Part shown: positions 37,550-46,561 of the stretch, in pieces
Layout: every line of letters starts with the position of its first letter
How positions within the stretch are numbered: position 1 is the stretch's first letter
Origin: an uncultured Eubacteriales bacterium
Lineage (GTDB): Bacteria > Bacillota > Clostridia > Oscillospirales > Oscillospiraceae
Length of the DNA stretch: 64,000 nt
Direction: 5' to 3'
Assembly (NCBI GenBank): GCA_900554275.1
Contig: USGS01000001.1
Coordinates: forward strand, 5,036 to 69,035
Translations under genes and position numbers: made by a program
Notes under the pieces: generated by a model
Databases searched by the model: none
What the model was told of the DNA's origin: nothing
What the model saw: the letters and a program-made list of their open reading frames with translations, nothing else

Positions 37550-38076
37550 AGCACGTCTTTACCAACCGCGAAAAGATCCTGCTGGTGATCCTGGCCATCA
37601 TGCTCATCGCCGTGGGCTACTGGAAGCTCATCCTCACCCCCATCAACGACGACATCGCCGATCTCCAGTCCAGAACCGCCTCCGAGCAGGACGCCATGAT
37701 CCAAAGCGCCGCCCGGCTCTCCCAGCTCAACCGCATGAAGTCCGAGCTGGAAACGGTGCTGGCCGATCCCGATGCCAAGCCCCTGCCGGACTATGACAAT
37801 TCCGAGCGGCTGCTGGTGGAGCTGAACACCATTCTCTCCGGCACGGACTATACACTGAATTTCGGCAACACCGTCCCGCTGGAGGACGGCAGCGCCATTA
37901 TGTGCCGCCCCATCACCCTCACCTTTGAGGTCAGCAGCTACACCTCGGCCCGGGCCGTGCTGGACGCCCTGCATGACAGCCAGTATGTGAACCTGATCTC
38001 CGACCTCCGCATGGACCTGGAGGGCCGCACCGTTCAGACCTCCCTCTCCATCACCTACTTTGAATTGCAGAAATGA
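37546..38076 (+). CDS. pilO: PilO-like pilus assembly protein
   Basis: N-terminal TM ILLVILAIMLIAVGYW, coiled-coil; overlaps pilN stop. Confidence 0.55.
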   Translation: MKHVFTNREKILLVILAIMLIAVGYWKLILTPINDDIADLQSRTASEQDAMIQSAARLSQLNRMKSELETVLADPDAKPLPDYDNSERLLVELNTILSGTDYTLNFGNTVPLEDGSAIMCRPITLTFEVSSYTSARAVLDALHDSQYVNLISDLRMDLEGRTVQTSLSITYFELQK

Positions 38077-38093
38077 CCCCCCGCCTGCCCCCC

Positions 38094-38137
38094 CGTCATT
38101 CCGAGCCAGTGACCGACGTCACTGGCGTGGGAATCCG
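38094..38137. repeat. Second copy of REP-like hairpin element
   Basis: see 33010-33053. Confidence 0.6.
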
Positions 38138-38292
38138 CGTCCCCCGTCCCCGCGCCCGCAGGCGCGGAACACCCCCATCCCTTTTTCAAATTTATCCCGT
38201 TTTTTTCAACCTCCTTTATAGAAAAATCCCCATCCTCTTTCATGCTTTTATAAGGTAATTTCAAGTTTTTTTCAACCTCTCAGGAGCATCTC

Positions 38293-38820
38293 ATGACCCC
38301 ATTTTTCTCTCAAAAAACGAAATATCGCAAATATGAAACGGCAAATTCCGGCTTCACCATGGTCGAGCTTCTCACCGTCATCGCCATACTCCTCCTGGTG
38401 GGCCTTATTGCCGTTTTTTCGTTGAGCAAGCTCCGCCGCTCCCTGCGCCAGCACGAGCTGGACGCCAGGGCTGAGATCATCTACGTGGCCGCACAGAACC
38501 GCATGGCCGAGCTGCGTGCCGCGGGCTGCGAGGGCTTATACAGCAAGGGCTTGAGCGATGGAGACAACGGTGTCTATGCCATGGCTTTCGACGGCACGCA
38601 CATGGATGAAAGCTCCCGCGACGTGGAATTCTGCTATCTCTATGTCAACGATGCTTCGGATAAACGCACCGGTGCGCCCGCCGCCCTCCTTCCCGACACC
38701 GCGGTGGACAAGGACCTGTGGAACGGCTGCTGGTGCATCGAATATGCCCCCTCAACCGGCAGTATTTACGCTGTTTTTTACAGCGAGTCCCCCCTCCCCT
38801 CCCCTCCCACACCGCTCTGA
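38293..38820 (+). CDS. Minor (pseudo)pilin with prepilin N-terminal cleavage/methylation domain
   Basis: NSG|FTMVELLTVIAILLLVGLIAVF; ends in C-rich tract where giant ORF continues in -1 frame. Confidence 0.7.
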   Translation: MTPFFSQKTKYRKYETANSGFTMVELLTVIAILLLVGLIAVFSLSKLRRSLRQHELDARAEIIYVAAQNRMAELRAAGCEGLYSKGLSDGDNGVYAMAFDGTHMDESSRDVEFCYLYVNDASDKRTGAPAALLPDTAVDKDLWNGCWCIEYAPSTGSIYAVFYSESPLPSPPTPL

Positions 38821-41800
38821 ACGACGATTATCGAAATTTCAACTACCGCATCCGCACCGCCTCCGTCGGCTATTACGGCGGAGATATTGCACAAACACAG
38901 GATATTAGCAAATTTAACCCCAGTATCAGCATAGAAAATACAGAAAAGCTCACTGTTACTTTTTATTCCAACAACCCCTCCGATGACACCTCCGCCCATC
39001 CTTTGACCTTCACCATTACCATTTCTGACCAGTTCGGCGGCAGCTATACCCGCACCGTCACCGGCCTGCAGGGCGGCCTGCAGCAGCTGGACAGCCGCAA
39101 CTATAAATACCAGTGGGTGCTGGACGATCTCACCTCCTCAAATAAACGATTTTTCGCGCAGACCGTCGGTAAAGTTTCCTGCGGCACCCCCATCACCATC
39201 AAGCTCACCGTATCGTCCACCGATCCTTCTATTGACACGGTTTTCACCACCCGGACCACCAACGGTCTGTTCGATGACAGGACCGATCTGGGCTATGGTG
39301 AGAACACGGCGCTGCTGGCGTATGGACGACATTTGGCTAATTTGTCCGATACGTCCCATGTCAATGCTGCCATCATCACCTCCGCCGTCCAGGTTGACGA
39401 TATTTCGTTTTTCGATGACCCCGCCGACAAAACCGACTGGTACAGCCTTTACACCGCAAATGGTGTAAGATTTTCTCCAATTTACAACAAAAATCTGACT
39501 TCTTTCAGCGGAATACATTTTACCAGCGGCAGTTATGAACAACATATCATCAACGGGCTGACCGTTTCCTCCCCGTCCGCCGCCGGGCTGTTTTCCACCT
39601 TTTCCGGTAAAATTTCCAATGCCATTTTAGTCAATTCCCAGATCACCGGCGGCGTTGCCGGCGGGCTGGCCGCCCGGACCGACGGCACTCTGACGCTGGA
39701 AAACTGCCGCGTCTATCTGACAGAACTGAGCGGGCTGAAGGCCGCCTCCGCCGACGCTGTTCCGGCGCGCATCACCGGCACGACGGTCGGCGGCCTGGTG
39801 GGTATTGCCGACCATTCGCTAACTATTCAGAACTCCTTTGCTTCCACTATTATTAAAGGCAGCACCGCCGCCGCCGGCCTGGTGGGCCACGCGCAGGGCG
39901 CTGTCAGCGTCAGCCGGTCCTACGCCGACAGCTACCTCACCGCGCCGGTCACCGGAGGGCTGGTGGGCACGACCGGCAGCATTAGCGGTCTGTCGCTCAT
40001 AGACAGCTATGCCGCCGGATACCAGGTGGCCACCGATGCGGCAGCAGGCTTTGTGGCCGGGCGGCTGGCCAACGCGCACAGCGCGTACAGCGCCTGCGCC
40101 TTCCCCGGCACGCCCCAGATCATATACACCACCGCGGCGGAAGGGAATGCCGCGAATGTCAGCTCGGTATTCTACCTGACCAGTGGCCTGGACGGGCGGA
40201 GCATCCACAGCCTTACCGGGACAACCCAGGGCCTGCCCTATGCGCAGATGAGCGCCGCATCGTTCCTGACAGCACTGAACAGCACCGCCTTCACCACCGC
40301 CAGCGCGGACACCACTGTGCCCTACAACCTGCTGAGCCAGGGTCTGAGCACCTACTCCTATCCGCTGCTGACGGGAATGAACCACTACGGCGACTGGCAG
40401 GCGGAGTTTGAGGCCGAGGCGCTGGTGTACTACGAGCGGTACGCGGACGATACGGTGGGCTTCTTCGGCGGCAACGTGGACAATTTGGCCGATGACAAGA
40501 CTATCGTCGGCGACGGCTACGCCGTGGCCCTGTCCGCGCCGCTGGGCGGCGCACAGACCATCACGGTGCAGTGCGGCACGGTGAGTACGGTGCTGAATGC
40601 CTCCTCCCTGTACTATTCCAACAGCTATGAGGGCATCTCCTATTACCTGTACCCCGTCAGCGCGCTGACCTCCGAGATCTCTCACAGCGGGAGCTTCTAC
40701 CGGACGGTGACCGTCAATCAGCGAAGCTACCAATTCAACCCCTACTTTGCCAAGACAGTGACCACCGGCAGCGGCGCGGACAGCGCTCCCGGCACGATCT
40801 ATCTGCGGACGGCGCGCCATCTGTACGAGCTAAGCCTCCATTATGACGACCTTGCCGCGGCCACGGTGAACACCACGTTCCGGCAGGAGCGGGATATTAA
40901 CTACGCCGCCTATGGGTGGACTACATACACCAGTTCCACCGATGCCGTCACCAGCCAAGCGCCTATCCACAGCGCGGCAAACACGGCGGATGTGAGCGAT
41001 ACCGGCGGCTTCCGGGCCGCCTACAACGGCGACTACCACACTATTCAGGGCGTGTCCTTCGTGAGCGCGGGGAACGATGTGGGCATGTTCGCCGTGGTCG
41101 CGCCCACGGGTACGGTGCGGAACGTGACGCTGCTGTCCTCGGGGACGGAGCGCGTGGAGCGCAGCGGGCTGATCCAGGGCAGCACCACCGTCGTCTACAT
41201 GGGTGTGCTGGCCGGGCGGAACTACGGCACGATCAGCAACTGTGCCGTGTCCGACTACGGCTTCGGCAACGGCATGGGCATACTGGCCTATCAGCACAGC
41301 ACAGTCTATATGGGCGGCCTGGTGGGCGGCAACCTGTACCACAAGACCCACAGCGGGCGCATCCTCTCCAGCGAGGCCAACTGCCCCCTGGTGCAGGTAT
41401 CCTCCTACAATGCCTCCATTTACGCCGGCGGGTTTGCCGGCAGCAACGCCGGCGGCAGCATCCAGTCCTGCTACGCGCTGGGTGTACTGAAGGCGCTGGA
41501 CGTGAGCAGCAGTACGGTGCGGCTGTGCGGCTTCGCCGGTGAAAACACCGGCGGCGCGCTGGCCTACTGCTACAGCGCCACGGCCCTGACCGCCGCCGGT
41601 GAGGCGGAGGTATACGGCCTGACCCGCACCGGCGGCAGCGCGGCCCAGTGCTACTATCTGGACGGCGGCACATACGCCTACAACAACGCGCTGTATGCCT
41701 ACAACGTATCCCACAACAGCTTCAGCGCCAACGCGGCCCAGTCGCCCATTACGGGAGAAAGGCTGGAGAGCCAGCGCCTGTACGGCTTTTCCAAGGTCAC

Positions 41801-44800
41801 CGGCAGCGGTACGGAAACGGTGTACCCTTACCCCGCCGTGGTGCGGGATCGCATCGGCCGCGCCGTACACTACGGCACATGGCCGGTGCAGCAGCACATC
41901 GGCACGATGGGCGTGTTCTACTGGGAGCGGGAGCAGGGCGGCAACGCCGGCTACCACCTGAGCTACATCGGTACAGACAACGGCGTGGCCTTTTCCGGCA
42001 GCACGCTGTGCGTCCAGCACAACGACAGCGGCGTGGTGACGGAGTACGGCTACGGCTACTTCTTCAAGCCCGGCGGCCTGACGGACACGGTGCAGCTCGA
42101 TGTGTCCGCCAACTGCTACCTGGGCGCGGCCAACTCCACGGCGGCCAGCGCGCTGGAGGCACAGATGCCGGAGTATGAGTTCGTGGCCTACACCACCGGG
42201 GCAGGAAAGGCCACCGACACCGAGTTCACCGGGGCGATGTACCTGACTGGCGAAGAAACCAACTGCACGTGGACACTGACGTATGGCGGCGCAACAAACA
42301 TATACACGCTGTGCCCGTTCTTCGCCGACGCTATGAGTCTGGACAGCATCACCGACACACAGTTCAGCGATGCCCACAAGCCGGGTACGGCGGGCAAGCC
42401 TTATCAGGTGCGCTCCGTGAGCCAGCTGCAGAATATCAACTGGAACTGCGTTGAATTGGATGCCACCTCCTCCATCAAGGGTGCGCCGGAGCAAATGCCT
42501 TTTATGGATGATCAAGGCAAAAACTACTGGAGCGCGTATCCCTATTTGGTACGGTATCAGCCCAAGGACACTACCCACGTAAAAAATAACCAGTGGCAGG
42601 ATCAGCGCGATGCGGCCATCACCCTTATCTCCAACAGCGGAAAGGGGCTGTACTGGGCGCAGTCACATGACGTAGATGCCTATGTCGAAGTGGGCAAGGC
42701 GGACGACAACTTTACACCGATCGGCGGCCTTCAGGACATCATGGAGATAGAAAGTCCGTACTCAAAGCCCTGCACCGCCTTCTTCGCGGGCAGCTTTGAC
42801 GGACAGGACTACACCATCCGCAACATTTCCATCACCAGCAGTGCCCAATGCGTGGGGCTGTTCGGCTTCACCTCCGGCGCACAGCTTCGGAACATCATCA
42901 TGTACTCCGACCGGGGCAGCGTTATCAAGAATACCGCTGACGGGCAAAACTGGTACTGCCTGGGCGGTTTGGTGGGCTTTGCCGGGGCTGGTTCTGCTGA
43001 CACCAGCACTGCCGCCCTTACCAACTGCTCTGTGTCCGGCTACACCATTCAGGACAACTGGAAGAATATCCCCGGCTGGGGCGGCGGCTGCGTGGGCGGC
43101 CTGGTGGGCGCGACCAACATGAACATCACCGGCTGCACCGCCGTAACGGACATCGTGCTGCGCATCGCTTATGAAAAGGGATGGACCAACCTGCGCGTGG
43201 GCGGCATCGCCGGCGTGTGCCGGGCCACGCTGGATAAGTGCTATGCCGGCGGCTCAATCAAGAGCATCTCTACCGTGCCTCTGAAGGAAAATGCCAGCAA
43301 AAGCACCAGCATTTGGGCCAGTGGGCTGGTGGGCGGTATTATGCTCCGCTATGAGGGCGGGCTCTCCAAGCTGGTGGGAAAGGCGGACAACACGCTCTAT
43401 GTAAAGAACAGCTACACCTTTGTGGAGATGCCTAAGAGCGGCGAGAATACCGTCCGCCGGTCTATGGCCATCGCTTCCAACGGCGAGATGCAGGACAATA
43501 ACTTCGACCAGGTGAACAACTCGAACGCCTATATTGAAAACTGCTACGCACTGGTGGACGCTGTGCAGAGCACCGATGATCACAAGGCGCAAAAAGGTGC
43601 CAACTGGAACAACCAGGTCGAGCTCAGTCGTGCTAATAAAGCCGGATGGCGCTACACATATCTCACCAACAACGGCAAGACCCCCTACATCACCTATGAG
43701 CAGATGCAGACGGAGCTGAAGGACTGGCTCAACGGCGGAGCATCCGCCTCGTCCCTGCGCTTCGACACCGTCACCGTGACGGAGAACGGCGCGCCCATCC
43801 CCGGCAAGTACAGCTTCCCCGGCGCGAACGCGGAGATGCTGGACGGCCTGGATTTCCCCTTCCCCACCATCCTGACCCAAAAGGACGTGGCCGGAAGAAC
43901 CGTGAACGTACACTACGGGCGCTGGCCCACCAGCGGCCTGTACTGGGCGCGGACGCGAACCACGCTGGACCTGTGCGCGGACCGCACCGGCCAGGGTGCG
44001 CCCACGCTGACGGTGAAGCTGTATCTCAAGCCCGACGGCACGACGCTGAGCGGGACGCCCACGCTGACGCTGGTGAACGACACCGACGGGCAGGTCAGCA
44101 CTCTGCTGGACTGCACCGCGCCGGCCTACAACAGCGCCGAGCGCTGCTGGGAGGTCACGTTCACCGGCAAGGGGCGGACGGGGCTTGCCGTTGCCCGGGC
44201 CGCGCTGGGCGGCCATACCGCCGAGCTGACCATTGACGTGACACAGACGCTGCGGCTGACCAACGACAAGGCCTCCTCCGGTGTGACCGTGACCTACGGC
44301 GGTGGAGAGCAGACCGTACAGCTGCTGCTGACGGACTCCAAAAACAATCCCATCGTGGTCAAGAGCGGCGAACGGCTGGTCTGGGAGGTCACCGCCACGA
44401 AGCAGGGCGGCGGGTACGATCCCGGCGACGAGAGCATCGTGGAATGCAGCGCCGTTACGGCAGTGGACGCGGCCAGTGGGCTGTATCAGTTCACCATCTC
44501 CGGGTTCTCCAGCGGCGTCTCCACCGTGACGGCAGCGTGTACCTATACCTATCCGGAGGGCGACGAGCTCAAGACCGTGACGGCGCGGTCGCTGCTGTCC
44601 GCCAAGTCCACCCGCGACGCGGTGGGACTTGTGTACGACGCGGCGGAGGATACCTCCGTGTATACCGTCGCCAGCGGCGTGTACCGCCGGGCGGAGAATG
44701 ACGTCGCCCAGCAGGGCACGGCGGACGTGACCGTGCCGGAGTTCCCCCGGGAGGCTGGGAAGCTGTATCTGTTCGCCGGCAGCGGCTATACCGGGCTGGG

Positions 44801-45032
44801 AGGCTTTACGGTCGATCTCACCGGGCTGACCGCCGTGGACGCGGCGGGCGATCCCGCGGCGGTGACCGCCGCCGGGCTGGGCGACATACAGTCGGCCGAG
44901 GGCGTGCAGTACCGGGAGGTGCTGTTCACCGGCGCGGACGCGGCACTTATCAGCGGCGAGATCCGCTTGACCCACAGCATGACCGGTACCGTCTATACGC
45001 TGTATCTGAAGGACTACACATACGCACCGTAA
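38718..45032 (+). CDS. Giant (2104 aa) GLUG-motif repeat surface/adhesin protein; GTG start overlapping minor pilin by 103 nt, or 3' continuation of it via frameshift in C-rich tract 38797-38817
   Basis: Multiple GGLVG/AAGLVG/GGLVGG GLUG-type repeats; no internal ATG for >280 codons after overlap; beta-rich low-charge composition. Confidence 0.7.
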   Translation: MERLLVHRICPLNRQYLRCFLQRVPPPLPSHTALNDDYRNFNYRIRTASVGYYGGDIAQTQDISKFNPSISIENTEKLTVTFYSNNPSDDTSAHPLTFTITISDQFGGSYTRTVTGLQGGLQQLDSRNYKYQWVLDDLTSSNKRFFAQTVGKVSCGTPITIKLTVSSTDPSIDTVFTTRTTNGLFDDRTDLGYGENTALLAYGRHLANLSDTSHVNAAIITSAVQVDDISFFDDPADKTDWYSLYTANGVRFSPIYNKNLTSFSGIHFTSGSYEQHIINGLTVSSPSAAGLFSTFSGKISNAILVNSQITGGVAGGLAARTDGTLTLENCRVYLTELSGLKAASADAVPARITGTTVGGLVGIADHSLTIQNSFASTIIKGSTAAAGLVGHAQGAVSVSRSYADSYLTAPVTGGLVGTTGSISGLSLIDSYAAGYQVATDAAAGFVAGRLANAHSAYSACAFPGTPQIIYTTAAEGNAANVSSVFYLTSGLDGRSIHSLTGTTQGLPYAQMSAASFLTALNSTAFTTASADTTVPYNLLSQGLSTYSYPLLTGMNHYGDWQAEFEAEALVYYERYADDTVGFFGGNVDNLADDKTIVGDGYAVALSAPLGGAQTITVQCGTVSTVLNASSLYYSNSYEGISYYLYPVSALTSEISHSGSFYRTVTVNQRSYQFNPYFAKTVTTGSGADSAPGTIYLRTARHLYELSLHYDDLAAATVNTTFRQERDINYAAYGWTTYTSSTDAVTSQAPIHSAANTADVSDTGGFRAAYNGDYHTIQGVSFVSAGNDVGMFAVVAPTGTVRNVTLLSSGTERVERSGLIQGSTTVVYMGVLAGRNYGTISNCAVSDYGFGNGMGILAYQHSTVYMGGLVGGNLYHKTHSGRILSSEANCPLVQVSSYNASIYAGGFAGSNAGGSIQSCYALGVLKALDVSSSTVRLCGFAGENTGGALAYCYSATALTAAGEAEVYGLTRTGGSAAQCYYLDGGTYAYNNALYAYNVSHNSFSANAAQSPITGERLESQRLYGFSKVTGSGTETVYPYPAVVRDRIGRAVHYGTWPVQQHIGTMGVFYWEREQGGNAGYHLSYIGTDNGVAFSGSTLCVQHNDSGVVTEYGYGYFFKPGGLTDTVQLDVSANCYLGAANSTAASALEAQMPEYEFVAYTTGAGKATDTEFTGAMYLTGEETNCTWTLTYGGATNIYTLCPFFADAMSLDSITDTQFSDAHKPGTAGKPYQVRSVSQLQNINWNCVELDATSSIKGAPEQMPFMDDQGKNYWSAYPYLVRYQPKDTTHVKNNQWQDQRDAAITLISNSGKGLYWAQSHDVDAYVEVGKADDNFTPIGGLQDIMEIESPYSKPCTAFFAGSFDGQDYTIRNISITSSAQCVGLFGFTSGAQLRNIIMYSDRGSVIKNTADGQNWYCLGGLVGFAGAGSADTSTAALTNCSVSGYTIQDNWKNIPGWGGGCVGGLVGATNMNITGCTAVTDIVLRIAYEKGWTNLRVGGIAGVCRATLDKCYAGGSIKSISTVPLKENASKSTSIWASGLVGGIMLRYEGGLSKLVGKADNTLYVKNSYTFVEMPKSGENTVRRSMAIASNGEMQDNNFDQVNNSNAYIENCYALVDAVQSTDDHKAQKGANWNNQVELSRANKAGWRYTYLTNNGKTPYITYEQMQTELKDWLNGGASASSLRFDTVTVTENGAPIPGKYSFPGANAEMLDGLDFPFPTILTQKDVAGRTVNVHYGRWPTSGLYWARTRTTLDLCADRTGQGAPTLTVKLYLKPDGTTLSGTPTLTLVNDTDGQVSTLLDCTAPAYNSAERCWEVTFTGKGRTGLAVARAALGGHTAELTIDVTQTLRLTNDKASSGVTVTYGGGEQTVQLLLTDSKNNPIVVKSGERLVWEVTATKQGGGYDPGDESIVECSAVTAVDAASGLYQFTISGFSSGVSTVTAACTYTYPEGDELKTVTARSLLSAKSTRDAVGLVYDAAEDTSVYTVASGVYRRAENDVAQQGTADVTVPEFPREAGKLYLFAGSGYTGLGGFTVDLTGLTAVDAAGDPAAVTAAGLGDIQSAEGVQYREVLFTGADAALISGEIRLTHSMTGTVYTLYLKDYTYAP

Positions 45033-45054
45033 AAGGGAAGGCAGGTGACATTCC

Positions 45055-45660
45055 ATGGGCGCACTCCACAGAAAATTGCATGAGCAGCGGGGCGCGTCCA
45101 TGCTGATGGCCCTGTTCCTACTGCTGGTGGCGCTGATGGTCAGCGCGGTGGTCATCGCCGCGGCCTCCAGCGCCGCCACCACCCTGCGCTCCGACAAGAC
45201 CCAGGAGCAGTCGTCGCTGGCGGTATCGTCGGCGGCGGAGTATGTGCGGGACGCCTTCCTCGGCAAAGAGATGGACGGTACGATCACCACAGACTACTGG
45301 ACAGGCAGCGCATCGTACAGCAGCGACAGCGGCGGGGCGTTCCGGGACTTCGTGTCCTACGCCATACCGGAGCTGTACCGAAACCAGAATGCGCTGCCCC
45401 GGCGGACGTACAGGCTGCGTCTGTCCGACGACGCCGTGGAGGACGTCTGGGCCGACTTTGAGATGAGCTACGGGCAGAACGAGAACACGGAATACCCCAC
45501 CTACATTCTCACCGTGACGCTGCGGAACTGGGAGACCACGCCGGGGGAGCACCCATGCAGCATGACGCTGCTGCTGTGCAGCAATCTGACCGAGCGCTCC
45601 CAATGGGGTTACACATACACAGATGTGACCTGGGACGGGTACAACGTGATACAGCGATAG
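45055..45660 (+). CDS. PilX-like minor pilin (prepilin-like N-terminus lacking Glu+5)
   Basis: QRGASMLMALFLLLVALMVSAVVIAAAS. Confidence 0.55.
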   Translation: MGALHRKLHEQRGASMLMALFLLLVALMVSAVVIAAASSAATTLRSDKTQEQSSLAVSSAAEYVRDAFLGKEMDGTITTDYWTGSASYSSDSGGAFRDFVSYAIPELYRNQNALPRRTYRLRLSDDAVEDVWADFEMSYGQNENTEYPTYILTVTLRNWETTPGEHPCSMTLLLCSNLTERSQWGYTYTDVTWDGYNVIQR

Positions 45661-45666
45661 GAGGCG

Positions 45667-45969
45667 TTGGGCATGAGGAAAAAACTGCGCTCCCAAAGGG
45701 GCGACACGCTGGTGGAGACGCTGGCGGCGCTGCTGATCGTGGTGCTGACCATGGCGTTCCTGGCCACCTCCCTTGTGACGGCGGCCCGCATCAACGCCGG
45801 TGTGCGGGAGACGGACACCTCCCTGCACTATGACGGCAGTGCCATCCCTGTCCAGGGGACGCTGACCATCACGCGGCAGGGCGGCACGGGGACAGGCAGC
45901 GCCGTGCGCAAGAGCGTGTCCGTGTATGAAACAGATGGCGGCTATCGCTACTACGTCTACCAGGAGTGA
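45667..45969 (+). CDS. Minor pilin (prepilin N-terminal domain)
   Basis: QRG|DTLVETLAALLIVVL. Confidence 0.7.
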   Translation: MGMRKKLRSQRGDTLVETLAALLIVVLTMAFLATSLVTAARINAGVRETDTSLHYDGSAIPVQGTLTITRQGGTGTGSAVRKSVSVYETDGGYRYYVYQE

Positions 45970-45994
45970 TCGCCCCGGAAGGCAGGTGACGCAC

Positions 45995-46495
45995 ATGAAG
46001 CAAAAGAGAATAGCGGGCATGACGCTGATGGAGCTTCTGTGCGCCCTGGCGGTGGTGCTGCTGGTCAGCGCGGGCATGGTGTTGGGCGTGTCGCTGGCGG
46101 TGCGGAGCTACGAGCGCTCCGTGACCAATTCCGAGGCCCAGGTGCTGTGCTCCACGCTGCAGACCATCGTCAACGACGAGCTGCGCTACGCCGGTACGCT
46201 GGAGTATGAAAACGGCAGGGTGGTGGGCTTTTTCAGTCAGGAGCACGCCAACGCGGACAGCAAGTACTCCCGGTTCACCACCGACAGCGACGGCCGGGTG
46301 CTGCTGGGCGGTCAGAAGCTGCTGCCCAACAACGCCTATCCCCATGGGCTGCGGGCCGCGGTGGAGCTGACGGACTATGATAAAGCGACGCGCATTTTCA
46401 CCGCCGTCGTCACCGTGACGGACCGCAGCGGCGACACGCTGGCCCAGACGGAGTTTCAGGTGAAGCAGCTGAACGAACCGGCAGAGCAGACATAA
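45995..46495 (+). CDS. Minor pilin (prepilin N-terminal domain)
   Basis: IAG|MTLMELLCALAVVLLV. Confidence 0.7.
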   Translation: MKQKRIAGMTLMELLCALAVVLLVSAGMVLGVSLAVRSYERSVTNSEAQVLCSTLQTIVNDELRYAGTLEYENGRVVGFFSQEHANADSKYSRFTTDSDGRVLLGGQKLLPNNAYPHGLRAAVELTDYDKATRIFTAVVTVTDRSGDTLAQTEFQVKQLNEPAEQT

Positions 46496-46499
46496 GGAC

Positions 46500-46536
46500 A
46501 CAAAAAAGAACCGCCCGCAGGCGGTTCTTTTTTATG
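46500..46536. terminator. Bidirectional intrinsic terminator aaaaaagaaccgcccgcaggcggttctttttt (same hairpin at 48806-48828)
   Basis: perfect stem gaaccgcc-cgca-ggcggttc with A and T runs on both sides. Confidence 0.7.
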
Positions 46537-46561
46537 CGGTTTAGGTGTTGACGCGGTGTGC

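Noticed and set aside
38718-38820. Treating the 103-nt pilin/giant-ORF overlap simply as two independent overlapping genes
   Set aside because: Not rejected outright, but the GTG start with 3-nt RBS spacing is weak; frameshift/fusion considered at least as likely (see finding).
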